64,000 nucleotides of DNA from Pseudonocardiaceae bacterium (GCA_035606945.1 DATNDR010000086.1:9145-73144); one strand, 5' to 3'; shown: positions 18,552 to 30,380, counted from the first letter of the stretch. Notes: generated by a model from the letters alone, not told the origin. Translations and numbers: made by a program.

Positions 18552-18870
18552 CACCGACCGGGTCACGGCCCGGTTGCTCGGGTACCGGATCATGGCGTAC
18601 GCCACCGGCGTGATGCTGCTCGTGTTGACCAGCTCCGTGGTGCTGCATTACGGGTTCGGAAACCAGCAGCTATGGTGGAGCGGACCCGTGCACGGCTTTC
18701 TCTACATGGGTTACCTCGTGGCCACGGTAGTGCTGGGCACGTCGGTGCGGTGGCGGCCGGTGCGGATGGTGCTGGTCGCGCTCGCGGGCACTATTCCGTT
18801 CATGTCGTTCGTCGCCGAGCGCAGCGTCACTCGTGAGGTGCGCGGGGAGCTTTCGGCCTCGTCGAAGTAG
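18493..18870 (+). CDS. DUF3817-like integral membrane protein
   Basis: RLLGYRIMAYATGVMLLVL...VHGFLYMGYLV...GTIPFMSFVAE is the pattern typical of DUF3817. The start is uncertain (ATG 18493 overlaps the upstream gene by 59 nt). Confidence 0.55.
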   Translation: MSSPRTTPSSPGSLNRTGSSTDRVTARLLGYRIMAYATGVMLLVLTSSVVLHYGFGNQQLWWSGPVHGFLYMGYLVATVVLGTSVRWRPVRMVLVALAGTIPFMSFVAERSVTREVRGELSASSK

Positions 18871-18937
18871 CCGGTTGGAGTAAGAGCCGGCAAAGAAGTG
18901 GTGAGCCCTGACCGGCCCCGGAGGGAGCCCAGCTAAG

Positions 18938-19846
18938 GTGCCTCAGGTGTCGACGGTGCTGGATCTGCATCCCCCCTGCCCTCCGGGTGTGCCACCCTTG
19001 CTGGCGCGTCTGGTCGATGATGCGGCGTTGTTCCCGCCGTCACGCGCGAACGTGGTCGATACCGTCAAGGCGCACCTCGCTGCCCGGCGCGCGCCGCACG
19101 CCGGCGTGGTCGGTTTTCTGAACTGCCCGATTTCCCGGCTCGGTGCACTGGTCGGTGCGTTGCGCAAGGCCCGTCCGGTGCGGCCGGTGGCGTTGTCGCT
19201 GGTTGCCGATACCGGCCTGGGTGGCCTGCCCAAGGCCATCTCCACCGCGCTGGACAACCCGAAGCTGCTGGATCTGCGAATGATCGAGGTGCCGGCACCC
19301 TCCGACGTGGATGCCAACTGGCTGGTCCAGCTCACTGAATTCGTACCGGACGATGTGGTCCGGGTGGTGGAGCCACGCCGTGGCCGGCCGGAGTGGTTGA
19401 CGGGCGTGCGCCGGGTAGCCGAGGTCGGCTGCTGGCCCAAGCTGCGGTGCGGCGGAACGTCGGTGGAGTCGTTCCCCAGCATCGAGGAGGTGGCCGATTT
19501 CCTGGCCGTCACGACCAACGCCGGCGCCCCGTTCAAGGCGACCGCCGGGCTACGCCACGCGGTCCGCCATCATGATCCGGCTACCGGGCTGACCCACCAC
19601 GGGCTGCTCAACATGCTCGTCGGGACCGCCCACGCGGTATCCGGGAGCAACGCCCAGGAGGCCCTGCGGTGCACCGACGCCGCCGCGCTGGCCGCTGAGG
19701 CCGCCGCCTTCTCTGCGGAGACCGCGCGAAGTGTCCGTGAGGTGTTCGCCTGCTTCGGGTCGGTGTCGCTGGCCGATCCGGTGACCGAACTGGTCCGGCT
19801 GGGACTGCTGCCCAGCCCCGAGCACCGCCGCGCGTCCCAGGCTTGA
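18938..19846 (+). CDS. conserved hypothetical protein
   Basis: 302-aa ORF with coding-like composition. Its position upstream of pheA resembles the Rv3839-Rv3838c neighbourhood as I recall it. No motif recognised. Confidence 0.5.
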   Translation: MPQVSTVLDLHPPCPPGVPPLLARLVDDAALFPPSRANVVDTVKAHLAARRAPHAGVVGFLNCPISRLGALVGALRKARPVRPVALSLVADTGLGGLPKAISTALDNPKLLDLRMIEVPAPSDVDANWLVQLTEFVPDDVVRVVEPRRGRPEWLTGVRRVAEVGCWPKLRCGGTSVESFPSIEEVADFLAVTTNAGAPFKATAGLRHAVRHHDPATGLTHHGLLNMLVGTAHAVSGSNAQEALRCTDAAALAAEAAAFSAETARSVREVFACFGSVSLADPVTELVRLGLLPSPEHRRASQA

Positions 19847-19918
19847 CCCCCACTGCTCGGCGTGTCGCTGTCTGATGCACGGTGTGTCAGCGTTTCGTGT
19901 ACCTAATAGGCTCGCTGG

Positions 19919-20821
19919 ATGACCGTCACCACGTATCTCGGGCCCGCAGGAACCTTCGCCGAACAGGCGGCCCGTTTACTGGTGCCTGGGGAACAGCTGC
20001 GTTCGGCGGCGTCGGTGCACGCGGCGATCGCGGCGCTGCGGGCGCGTCAGGCCGACGCGGCGTGCGTGCCGGTGGAGAACTCGGTGGAAGGATCGGTGCC
20101 GGCCACCCTCGACGCGATGGTCGAAGGTGAGCCGGTGCTGGCGGTCGCCGAGGCCGTGCTGCCGGTCCAGTTCAGCGTGCTGGTCCGGCCCGGTACCGAC
20201 GCGGCGGACGTGCGCACCGTGGCGACCCATCCGCACGCCGCGGCGCAGGTGCGGTGTTGGCTGGGTACACACTTGCCGGACGCGACCACGATGCTGACCG
20301 ACTCCACGTCCGCGGCGGCGGTCGCGGTGCTCGAGGCTCGGGCCGACGCCGCGGTGTGCGCCCCGGTCGCGCTGGCCCACTACCCGCTGGCCGAGCTGGC
20401 CAGCGGGGTGCACGACAAAGCCGATGCCAAGACCCGTTTCCTGCTGTTGCGCCGCCCCGGCATGCTGCCGCCGCCCACCGGCGCAGATCGCACGTCGCTG
20501 GTCGCGGTATCCGCCGACCGGCCCGGAGCGCTGCTGGAGGTGCTCGCCGAGTTCGCCTTGCGCGGGATCAACCTGACCCGGATCGAGTCCCGGCCGATGA
20601 AGGCCAAACTGGGTGAATACCAGTTCTTCCTGGACTGTGAGGGTCACGTGGCCGAGGACGCGGTCGGCGACGCGCTGGCCGAGCTGCATCGTCGGTGCGC
20701 CTGGGTACGCTTCCTCGGCTCGTACCCTCGAGTCGGGGTACCCCGCCCCGGTCCGGACCCGGTCGGGTTCTCCGCCGCCCGGCACTGGCTCAGCGCGGTA
20801 CGCGCCGGCCGCAGTGCCTAA
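19919..20821 (+). CDS. pheA: prephenate dehydratase
   Basis: MTVTTYLGPAGTFAEQAA N-terminus, PDT catalytic domain, and a C-terminal ACT domain (TSLVAVSADRPGALLEVLAEFALRGINLTRIESRP). Confidence 0.9.
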   Translation: MTVTTYLGPAGTFAEQAARLLVPGEQLRSAASVHAAIAALRARQADAACVPVENSVEGSVPATLDAMVEGEPVLAVAEAVLPVQFSVLVRPGTDAADVRTVATHPHAAAQVRCWLGTHLPDATTMLTDSTSAAAVAVLEARADAAVCAPVALAHYPLAELASGVHDKADAKTRFLLLRRPGMLPPPTGADRTSLVAVSADRPGALLEVLAEFALRGINLTRIESRPMKAKLGEYQFFLDCEGHVAEDAVGDALAELHRRCAWVRFLGSYPRVGVPRPGPDPVGFSAARHWLSAVRAGRSA

Positions 20822-20920
20822 CCCCCGGTTGGCGTGTCTTCAAGTACCGCCAACACCTACGGCGCAGGTCTCCAACAGCTACCAACCCCGCCGGCCGCCA
20901 GCGCCGACCGAAGCGGCATC

Positions 20921-21541
20921 ATGACCGACTCCCTCCGGCTGGTGCTGGTTCGGCACGGACAGACCACGGCTAACGCCGAAGGCATCCTGGACACCCGCCC
21001 GCCGGGGCAGCCGTTGACCGAGGAGGGCCACCGGCAAGCCGGCGAGCTGGCGCAGCGACTGGCCGGTGAACCGGTGGTGGCCGTCTATGCCAGCCAGGCG
21101 TTGCGCGCTCAACAGACCGCGCGCCCGGTGGCGATCCGGCACGGCCTGGCGGCACCAGAAATCCTCGCCGGGGTGCACGAGGTGTTCATCGGGGACCTAG
21201 AGGGGCGCCGGACACCGGAGGCGCATCGCGTCCTGCACGAGCTCTATCACGCCTGGCACTCCGGTGACCTGGAGGCGGCCCGCCCCGGTGGAGAGTCGGG
21301 TAAGCAGGTGCTCGATCGTTACCTCGCCGACGTCGCGGCGATCCGCTCGGCGCATCGGCACGGTACCGCGGTGCTGGTCAGCCACGGTGCCGCGATCCGG
21401 CTGGCAGTGGTCGCACTGGCAGCCAATATCGACGGCGCCTTCGCAGAACCGCGCTACCTAGCTAATGCGGCGACGGTGTTGCTGGAGGCGGACGAGGCCG
21501 GCTGGCGGTGCCTACGCTGGGACGATATCGACCTCGGTTAG
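20921..21541 (+). CDS. histidine phosphatase (phosphoglycerate mutase) family protein
   Basis: ATG 20921, RLVLVRHGQTTANAEG (RHG catalytic motif) and later VLVSHGAAIR. Confidence 0.85.
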   Translation: MTDSLRLVLVRHGQTTANAEGILDTRPPGQPLTEEGHRQAGELAQRLAGEPVVAVYASQALRAQQTARPVAIRHGLAAPEILAGVHEVFIGDLEGRRTPEAHRVLHELYHAWHSGDLEAARPGGESGKQVLDRYLADVAAIRSAHRHGTAVLVSHGAAIRLAVVALAANIDGAFAEPRYLANAATVLLEADEAGWRCLRWDDIDLG

Positions 21542-21703
21542 CCCGGCGGGGTGGCCGATCACGCTGACTGACGGCTTAGGTAGGCGTCTGGCGCGGCGGG
21601 TCGCTGAGTTGGCGGGCGCACCCGCCGGCCCTTGCGGCACGCTGTGGTCGGCGACAGCGCAGCGTTGACCGCCACAGATCCGCCGCCACCGCCGTCTCGG
21701 GTA

Positions 21704-22078
21704 TTACCGGTACCGGAAACCGTCGAGGAAGCGGCGGAACAAGCCACCTTCGGGTGCCAACGCCGGACGGGGCGCCGGCGTGGTGCGCAACTGGCGCGCG
21801 ATCGGCTGGTCGTAGTCGGTCCTGGCAATGGCGTCCACGACCTGGGACTCATCAAAGCCTTCTGAGCCTTCGATTACGGGAACGAAGCCGACGAGGACAC
21901 CGTCGCGCATCACTTGCGCTTCGAGACTCGCCGTGCCGTCGGTGTCCCACAGCGCCTCGCGCCCGTCGGGAAGCGACACCCGCACGCCACTGGAGTACTC
22001 ACCAGGCCTTACCAGGTGTGCGTCCACACCGCGCTCGCGCAGCGCGTCGACAACCCGACGGGCCCTATTCTCGTCCAT
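21704..22078 (-). CDS. conserved hypothetical protein
   Basis: 124-aa ORF (MDENRARRVVDALRERGVDAHLV...) with coding-like codon bias. No motif recognised. Confidence 0.5.
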   Translation of the reverse strand: MDENRARRVVDALRERGVDAHLVRPGEYSSGVRVSLPDGREALWDTDGTASLEAQVMRDGVLVGFVPVIEGSEGFDESQVVDAIARTDYDQPIARQLRTTPAPRPALAPEGGLFRRFLDGFRYR

Positions 22079-22223
22079 CCCCGAAACTTACCTTTGACCG
22101 CATTCAGCAGGCGGTCAGCCCGCTGAATGCGGCGGGTGCGCGAGTAGGGCGCCCTGAGCGTCGACGATGAGTACTGGCCTAAGATCCGCGGCTGGAATGC
22201 AGATCGGAGCAGAGGAGACAGCC

Positions 22224-22724
22224 GTGACGGCGATACAGGACCTGGTGGAGCGCAACTCATTCCGCGCAGGTACCGGCCCTGGCCCCATGGCGTCTGTCCC
22301 CAGCCTGCACATCGCGGTGGTGGCCTGCATGGACGCCCGGCTCGACCCGGTTCAGCTGCTCGGCCTGCGGCCCGGTGAGGCGCACGTGATCCGCAATGCG
22401 GGCGGCGCCGTCACCGATGACGTCGTGCGCTCGCTGGCGGTCAGCCAGCGCAAGCTGGGCACCACCGAGGTGATGCTGTTGCACCACACCAAATGCGGCA
22501 TGGCGACATTCACCGACTCCGACTTCTGGGCCGAACTTCAAGACGCTACCGGCCTGCGGCCGACCTGGGCGGTGGAGACCTTCAGCGATGCCGAAGCCGA
22601 CGTTCGCCAGTCCATGGAACGGGTGCGGCGCAGCCCGTTTTTGGCGAATTCCACGGCGGTGCGTGGTTTCGTCGTCGACATCGACACCGGCGATCTCACC
22701 GAGGTCTCCGCGCTGCAACCGTGA
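22224..22724 (+). CDS. beta-class carbonic anhydrase (Rv1284/CanA-like)
   Basis: GTG 22224 is preceded by GGAGA. HIAVVACMDARLD, EAHVIRNAGG and LLHHTKCGM supply the Cys-Asp-Arg...His-x-x-Cys zinc ligands of beta-CAs. Confidence 0.85.
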   Translation: MTAIQDLVERNSFRAGTGPGPMASVPSLHIAVVACMDARLDPVQLLGLRPGEAHVIRNAGGAVTDDVVRSLAVSQRKLGTTEVMLLHHTKCGMATFTDSDFWAELQDATGLRPTWAVETFSDAEADVRQSMERVRRSPFLANSTAVRGFVVDIDTGDLTEVSALQP

Positions 22725-23602
22725 ACGCCGCCCAACTGATCGCCTGGTTCGACGCCGAGGCACGGGATCTGCCGTGGCGCGCGCCTGGCACCACGCCGTG
22801 GGGTGTACTGGTCAGCGAGGTGATGCTGCAACAGACTCCGGTGCATCGCGTCGCTGGAGTCTGGACCGAGTGGATGACCCGCTGGCCCGCTCCCTCGAGC
22901 TTGGCCGCCGAGACAGCCGGCACGGTGGTCCGCGCGTGGGGAAAGTTGGGCTATCCGCGCCGGGCGCTGCGGTTGCATGCCGCTGCCACCGCCATCGCCG
23001 CCCAGCACGACGACGTGGTCCCCGCTGAGGTTGACGTGCTGCTCGCGCTGCCAGGGATCGGCGCTTACACCGCCCGTGCTGTAGCAGCGTTCGGCTACGG
23101 CCACCGCGTGCCGGTGGTGGACACCAATGTGCGCCGGGTGATGGCCCGCGCCATGCACGGCCAGGCGGATTCCGGTCCGCCGTCGACCTCCCGGGATCTG
23201 TCTGACGTGGATAGCGTGCTGCCCGGCACGCGAGCGGCCCGGTTCTGCGCCGCGTTGATGGAGCTCGGCGCGGTAGTCTGCACTGCCCGCCAGCCGCGCT
23301 GCGCGGCGTGCCCGCTGGCCGGTGAGTGCGCCTGGGTACGCGCCGGCCGGCCTCCCGGCACAGTCGCCGCCCGATCGGCGCAGCGCTACGCGGGCACCGA
23401 TCGTCAGGTGCGCGGGCTGTTGCTCGACGTTCTGCGCGCCGCTGCCGATCCGGTTGCCCGGGCTCAGCTGGATGCAGTCTGGCGCGACGCGTCGCAGCGT
23501 GACCGGTGTCTGGGCTCGTTACTGATCGATGGCCTGGTGCAGCAGACCCACGACGGCCGCTTCGCCCTACCCGGTGAAGCGCCCACTCCTGTCACCCCGT
23601 AA
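22721..23602 (+). CDS. mutY: A/G-specific adenine DNA glycosylase
   Basis: GTG 22721 overlaps the upstream stop (GTGA). It has DLPWR, VSEVMLQQTPV, the HhH region LPGIGAYTA, catalytic VDTNVRRV and the 4Fe-4S cluster CTARQPRCAACPLAGEC. Confidence 0.9.
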   Translation: MNAAQLIAWFDAEARDLPWRAPGTTPWGVLVSEVMLQQTPVHRVAGVWTEWMTRWPAPSSLAAETAGTVVRAWGKLGYPRRALRLHAAATAIAAQHDDVVPAEVDVLLALPGIGAYTARAVAAFGYGHRVPVVDTNVRRVMARAMHGQADSGPPSTSRDLSDVDSVLPGTRAARFCAALMELGAVVCTARQPRCAACPLAGECAWVRAGRPPGTVAARSAQRYAGTDRQVRGLLLDVLRAAADPVARAQLDAVWRDASQRDRCLGSLLIDGLVQQTHDGRFALPGEAPTPVTP

Positions 23603-23603
23603 T

Positions 23604-23667
23604 CCCGTTATGGAGACATATCGGGGGTTCTCGGGCCCCCGACAGCCCGATATGTCTCCATAACGGG
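23604..23667. repeat. paired (inverted) copy of the palindromic 'CCCGATATGTCTCCAT' element
   Basis: The arm CCCGTTATGGAGACATATCGGGGG (23604-23627) is followed by an 18-nt spacer. The reverse-complementary arm CCCGATATGTCTCCATAACGGG occupies 23646-23667. The element lies between mutY and the mhuD-like gene. Confidence 0.9.
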
Positions 23668-23688
23668 TAGGGGTCGTAGGCTGGCGGC

Positions 23689-24018
23689 ATGGCCGTCGTG
23701 AAGATCAACGCAATTGAGGTGCCGGAAGGCGCCGGCCCGGAGTTGGAACGCCGGTTCGCGGCCCGGCACGGATCGGTGACCTCTGCCCCAGGCTTCCTCA
23801 GCTTCGAATTGCTACGCCCGGTGGCCGGGGACCATCGATATTTCGTCTACTCGCGGTGGGAGACCGAGGAGGACTTCCAAGCCTGGCGCAACGGCCCGGC
23901 GATGGAGGCGCACACCGAGGGCCGCGCGAAGCCGATATCCACCGGCGCCTCACTGCTGGAGTTCGAAGTCGCGCTGTCTGCCGAGGCGTCGACGAGCACG
24001 GCGCCAGGCACCCCATAA
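23689..24018 (+). CDS. mhuD: heme-degrading monooxygenase (MhuD/IsdG family, ABM domain)
   Basis: MAVVKINAIEVPEGAGPELERRFA...FQAWRNGPAMEAH...GASLLEFEV is closely similar to my recollection of M. tuberculosis MhuD (Rv3592). Confidence 0.8.
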   Translation: MAVVKINAIEVPEGAGPELERRFAARHGSVTSAPGFLSFELLRPVAGDHRYFVYSRWETEEDFQAWRNGPAMEAHTEGRAKPISTGASLLEFEVALSAEASTSTAPGTP

Positions 24019-24079
24019 CCACCACTGCACAATCACAATCCCCGAACTGGCCACCTAGGCCGATGCCGGTGATTACTCG

Positions 24080-24890
24080 ATGGAGGTGGTGTGGGATCAA
24101 TGCTGCGCAGCGGCGTTGGGCGTTGGATTTGAAACAGCCGCGCGGCATGAGGTACGAAGCTTGTCCGGCGGGGAGCAGAAGCGATTGGCGCTGGAGGCCC
24201 TGCTGCGTGGTCCTGATGAAGTGCTGCTGCTCGACGAATCCGACAACTACCTGGACGTGCCGGGCAAGGTGTGGTTGGAGCAAGCGCTGCTGGACTCACC
24301 CAAGACCGTGCTGCTGGTTTCCCACGACCGCGAACTGCTCGCCCGTGCCGTCGACCGCATCATCACCGTCGAACTGGGCGGCGCTGGAAACACCGCATGG
24401 ATCCATGGCGGCTCGTTCGCGGCTACCAGCAGGCGCGCGCGAATCGGTTTGCTCGTCTGGACGAGCTGCGCCGCCGTTGGGATGAGGAGCACGCCAAGCT
24501 CAAGGCCCTGCTGCTGATGTACAAGCAGAAGGCCGCCTACAACGACGGCAGGCAGCGATCCGGAGCTCGAGCATCGGCCGGCGCATAACGTGACTGTCGC
24601 GCCAGTGGCCCATACCGGCAGGGCCCGGCTCGGCGCTCGAGTTCGTCCAGGTTGGTTCGTGCAGACCCACGACCATCCGGAGCTGGCTGGACGCACGCTG
24701 CTGGAGATCCTGCACCGGGGCGATGAGCACCGGCCCGGTGCGCCCAAGAGGTGGCGAGCCGGACGCTCGATCGCTACGAACTGGCCTCCTGCGCCCAGCA
24801 GTCCTTCGACACGCTGTCTGGAGGCCAGCAAGCCCGCTTCCAGATCCTGTTGCTGGAACTGTCCGGAGCTAACCTGCTCCTGCTTGATGC
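24080..24890 (+). pseudogene. ABC-F type ATPase pseudogene (5'-truncated, frameshifted, internally deleted, 3'-truncated)
   Basis: Frame A reads LSGGEQKRLALEALLRGPDEVLLLDESDNYLD...VSHDRELL. A shift near 24420 gives LDELRRRWDEEHAKLKALLLMYKQKAAYNDG. The third frame reads GWFVQTHDHPELAGRTLLEILHRGD, then LSGGQQARFQILLLELSGANLLLLD, ending abruptly. No Walker A is present in either half. Confidence 0.85.
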
Positions 24891-24894
24891 GGTT

Positions 24895-24944
24895 GTCGCG
24901 TACACCGGGCCGCGACACGGTGTACACCGAGGCGCGACACGCGC
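24895..24944. repeat. GCGCGACAC-type degenerate tandem repeat (copy A)
   Basis: GTCGCGTACACCGGGCC GCGACACGGTGTACACCGAG GCGCGACACGCGC. The core matches 32534-32589 at 25 of 29 positions by hand alignment. Confidence 0.7.
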
Positions 24945-24946
24945 AT

Positions 24947-24984
24947 AAAAGGGGCCCCGGTCCGGAAGGATCGGGGCCCCTTTT
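24947..24984. terminator. bidirectional intrinsic terminator downstream of clpC1
   Basis: AAAAGGGGCCCCG (24947-24959), 12-nt loop, CGGGGCCCCTTTT (24972-24984). This is a perfect 13-bp stem flanked by A/T runs, 3 nt after the clpC1 stop. Confidence 0.85.
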
Positions 24985-24986
24985 GC

Positions 24987-27515
<2,529 letters not shown>

Positions 27516-27812
27516 TGTGCACTCCTGACTGCCGCGCTACCCCGCGCGACCGGTACTGGGTCAGACAGTCCGTGCCGTCACTGTAGCTGCCAGACGGCCT
27601 TGCTCGCTGCTGAACTGCTACCCGAACTCTTCGTGCAACGCCATCTCGCTGGTCAGGATTCCGAGGGGTCGGGGCTGTCCGCTCTGGGTGAAACTCAACT
27701 CTGTTGGGTGGTACCCGTGTACCCCCTGTGCGCTGGGGTAATCCGACTGCTAGGTTTGCTCGACATTAGGTAAGGCAACCCTGCATGAATCGGTAGCAGA
27801 CGAGGAGCGGCT

Positions 27813-28763
27813 GTGCTGCACGCGGCGGTGCCACACAAGCAGTCGGCGGAAGTGGTGGACCCCCATCGCGCGCATCCGCTGACCGCGTCGGTGGCGGCGG
27901 TGGACCGTGCGGTCAGACTGCTGTCCTTTCGGGTCATCGGTGATTCCCGGCTGCCCGCTGGTCCTCAGGTGCCGCCTGATCCCCTGGTCGCGGATTGGAT
28001 CGAGTGCGACCAGGCGTTGTGCGATCCCGCCTTTTTCACGCGGTGGCGGGCGAAGGTCGCGCGATGGCTGACCGAACAGCACGCGGTGCCGGCACAGGCT
28101 TCGGTCCCGGAGAAGACCACCGGCGGCTATGTACTGCAGTGGTATCTGGTCGTCCCTACCTATATCGGCGCGCTGCTGTTTCACTCCGCCCGGCGAGTGC
28201 CCACGCTGGCGCCGCAGCAGCTGCGTTTCCGGCTCGGTTCAGCGGCGCTGCGGGAGGTAGCACTGCGCCCGGGACGGTTCTGGTGCCTACCCGGTGATCC
28301 CGAAGCCGGGCACCCCGACGCCGTACCAGTACCCGACGAGGCGGCGTTAGCCACGGTATTGCGTGATCAGGTGATCGCGCACGCCAGCCGCTTTCTGTTC
28401 GTCTACGGCAGCCAGGTGCGTTTCGGGCGCCGCACCAGATGGGCAACCGTGACCGATGTGCTGGATAGTGGGCTGCTCCTCGCGGGGCGCGCATTCGGGT
28501 CACCGCAGGCCGGTGCGTCAGATGCGCGTTTAGTGCTCGGTGCTGGGGACACGCCCGGCCGTCATCCCCCCTATAAACCTCTGACTTCCGCGTCGACAAT
28601 CTGCGAACTGGTCGACGATCGCGGGCGCACCCACTGGACCCGCCGGCGCGGTTCCTGCTGCTTCCTCTACGCACTACCTGGCATCGAGCGGCCATGCGCC
28701 AGCTGCCCGCGGCTCGCCGCCGTCGATCGGGCTCACATTTACGGCACGCTCGACCAGGCATGA
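27813..28763 (+). CDS. (2Fe-2S)-binding ferric-siderophore reductase, FhuF-like
   Basis: 316-aa ORF whose C-terminus carries SCCFLYALPGIERPCASCP, the C-C-x10-C-x2-C motif of FhuF-type proteins. The start is uncertain. Confidence 0.6.
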   Translation: MLHAAVPHKQSAEVVDPHRAHPLTASVAAVDRAVRLLSFRVIGDSRLPAGPQVPPDPLVADWIECDQALCDPAFFTRWRAKVARWLTEQHAVPAQASVPEKTTGGYVLQWYLVVPTYIGALLFHSARRVPTLAPQQLRFRLGSAALREVALRPGRFWCLPGDPEAGHPDAVPVPDEAALATVLRDQVIAHASRFLFVYGSQVRFGRRTRWATVTDVLDSGLLLAGRAFGSPQAGASDARLVLGAGDTPGRHPPYKPLTSASTICELVDDRGRTHWTRRRGSCCFLYALPGIERPCASCPRLAAVDRAHIYGTLDQA

Positions 28764-28791
28764 ACGGCGCATAGCCTTTATCTTCACATCT

Positions 28792-29760
28792 GTGCAACCC
28801 GAGCCGGCGAGTCACTCTGCGGCCGATCGCCGTTTGCCGGCAGTGGTGGTCAACCCGAGTCACCTCGCCGACCCGACGGCGCTGCGGATTCGTATTGGCC
28901 GAGTTTGTGACGAGTTGGGGTGGGCACCACCGCTGTGGCTGGAGACCACCGTCGAGGACCCGGGTTGTGGCCAGACCCGAATGGCACTGTCCGCCGGTGC
29001 CGATGTGGTACTCGCCTGCGGGGGAGACGGCACGGTCCGGCACGTCGCGCAAGTGCTGGCGGGATCGGGCACCGCGATGGGTTTGCTACCCACCGGCACC
29101 GCGAATCTGCTGGCGCGCAACCTGGCGATGGCGACTCCGGACATGGTCAAAGCCACCCGGATCGCATTGTCCGGGAACAACCGTGCAATCGACGTCGGAC
29201 GCGTACTCATCGACGATCGGGATGAGGAACAGGTCTTTCTGGTGATGGCCGGGGTAGGTTTCGATGCGGCAATCATGGCCGGTGCCCCGCATGACTTGAA
29301 GGCCCGGCTGGGCTCGCTGGCGTATTTCGTCTCAGGATTTCGCGCGCTGAGCGCACCAAGGGCGCCGATCACCCTTGCCGTGGACGGGCGGGTTGAGCCG
29401 TCCCGCCGAGTTCGCACGGTAGTAGTGGGAAACTGCGGCAGGCTTCTCGGTGGCCTGGTGTTGCTGCCCGCAGCCCGAGTCGACGACGGGCTGCTGGATG
29501 TCGTGTCCATCGGTCCGAGAAGCATCCGCGGATGGCTGGCGGTGACTGCCCGGGTGGTCAGTCGCCGCCGCCATGGTCACCGGATTGTGCAGCACTGGCA
29601 GGGCCACACCGTCATCATCAGCGCAGAGTCTGCCCAGCAGGCTCAACTTGACGGCGATCCAATCGGGGAAGTTTGTGCCTTACGAATGCGCATCGACCGT
29701 GGCGCCCTGTTGATACGCGTCCCAGCGGTGCCGGCTCGCGGAACACACCATCGGGCTTAG
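28792..29760 (+). CDS. diacylglycerol/lipid kinase family protein (DAGK catalytic domain)
   Basis: VVLACGGDGTVRHVAQVL and GLLPTGTANLLARNL motifs. Confidence 0.8.
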   Translation: MQPEPASHSAADRRLPAVVVNPSHLADPTALRIRIGRVCDELGWAPPLWLETTVEDPGCGQTRMALSAGADVVLACGGDGTVRHVAQVLAGSGTAMGLLPTGTANLLARNLAMATPDMVKATRIALSGNNRAIDVGRVLIDDRDEEQVFLVMAGVGFDAAIMAGAPHDLKARLGSLAYFVSGFRALSAPRAPITLAVDGRVEPSRRVRTVVVGNCGRLLGGLVLLPAARVDDGLLDVVSIGPRSIRGWLAVTARVVSRRRHGHRIVQHWQGHTVIISAESAQQAQLDGDPIGEVCALRMRIDRGALLIRVPAVPARGTHHRA

Positions 29761-29863
29761 CTGTCGCAAGCGCATGAACCGGGAGCCGGCCCGGCACGTT
29801 TACTGTGATGCGGGTAACACTGCCCGTGGAGTGTTCGTGCTTCGACTCCAGGGAGGCGTTGAA

Positions 29864-30367
29864 ATGGTGAGCCTGATGAAAGGTTTTGCAGGCAAGCCTG
29901 CGCATGCGCCGCTGACCGATGTCGGTATCGGTGCCTACACCGCCGGCGTTGCGATGCTCGTGGCGGGTGCGGCCGGATTTCAGCAGGCCGCGATGGCCAC
30001 CGCTTCGGTGATCACGATCGGCATCGGTCTTATCGCCGCCATCCCGACGATCATTACCGGCCTCGTGGACCTGTTCGGTATCCCCGCGGATGCGCCCGCG
30101 CGAACCCTGGGCTGGTGGCACCTGACGCTGATGTCCAGCGCCACCGGCATGTTCGCCGGGACGTTCAGGTTGCAGTTAGCCGGATACTCCGACGGAAAGA
30201 TCATCTCGTCGGCGCTGATCCTCGGCGTCATCTCCTGGGTATTGCTGTTAGCCGGTGGCTATCTCGGTGGTGCACTCACCTTCGTCTATGGAGTACGGGT
30301 CCTTAAGCGGCCCCGAGCGCCGATGGCTGATGCGCTCATTCCTGGTCGCGCCGACCATAGTGACTGA
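29864..30367 (+). CDS. DUF2231-like membrane protein
   Basis: ATG 29864 is preceded by GGGAGG. There are four predicted TM helices, and the N-terminal KPAHAPLTDVGIGAY resembles the DUF2231 HP-x-H-P motif region. Confidence 0.5.
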   Translation: MVSLMKGFAGKPAHAPLTDVGIGAYTAGVAMLVAGAAGFQQAAMATASVITIGIGLIAAIPTIITGLVDLFGIPADAPARTLGWWHLTLMSSATGMFAGTFRLQLAGYSDGKIISSALILGVISWVLLLAGGYLGGALTFVYGVRVLKRPRAPMADALIPGRADHSD

Positions 30368-30380
30368 TCCATGTACAATA

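Noticed and set aside
23604-23667. Possibility that the palindromic elements are a CRISPR array
   Set aside because: The arms are inverted, not direct. There are only two per locus with an 18-nt spacer, the copies are dispersed at gene boundaries, and no cas genes are present.
27516-27812. Search for a ClgR-type operator or other defined regulatory site upstream of clpC1
   Set aside because: I could not identify a convincing palindrome or consensus by eye, so I leave it as an unannotated 5' region.
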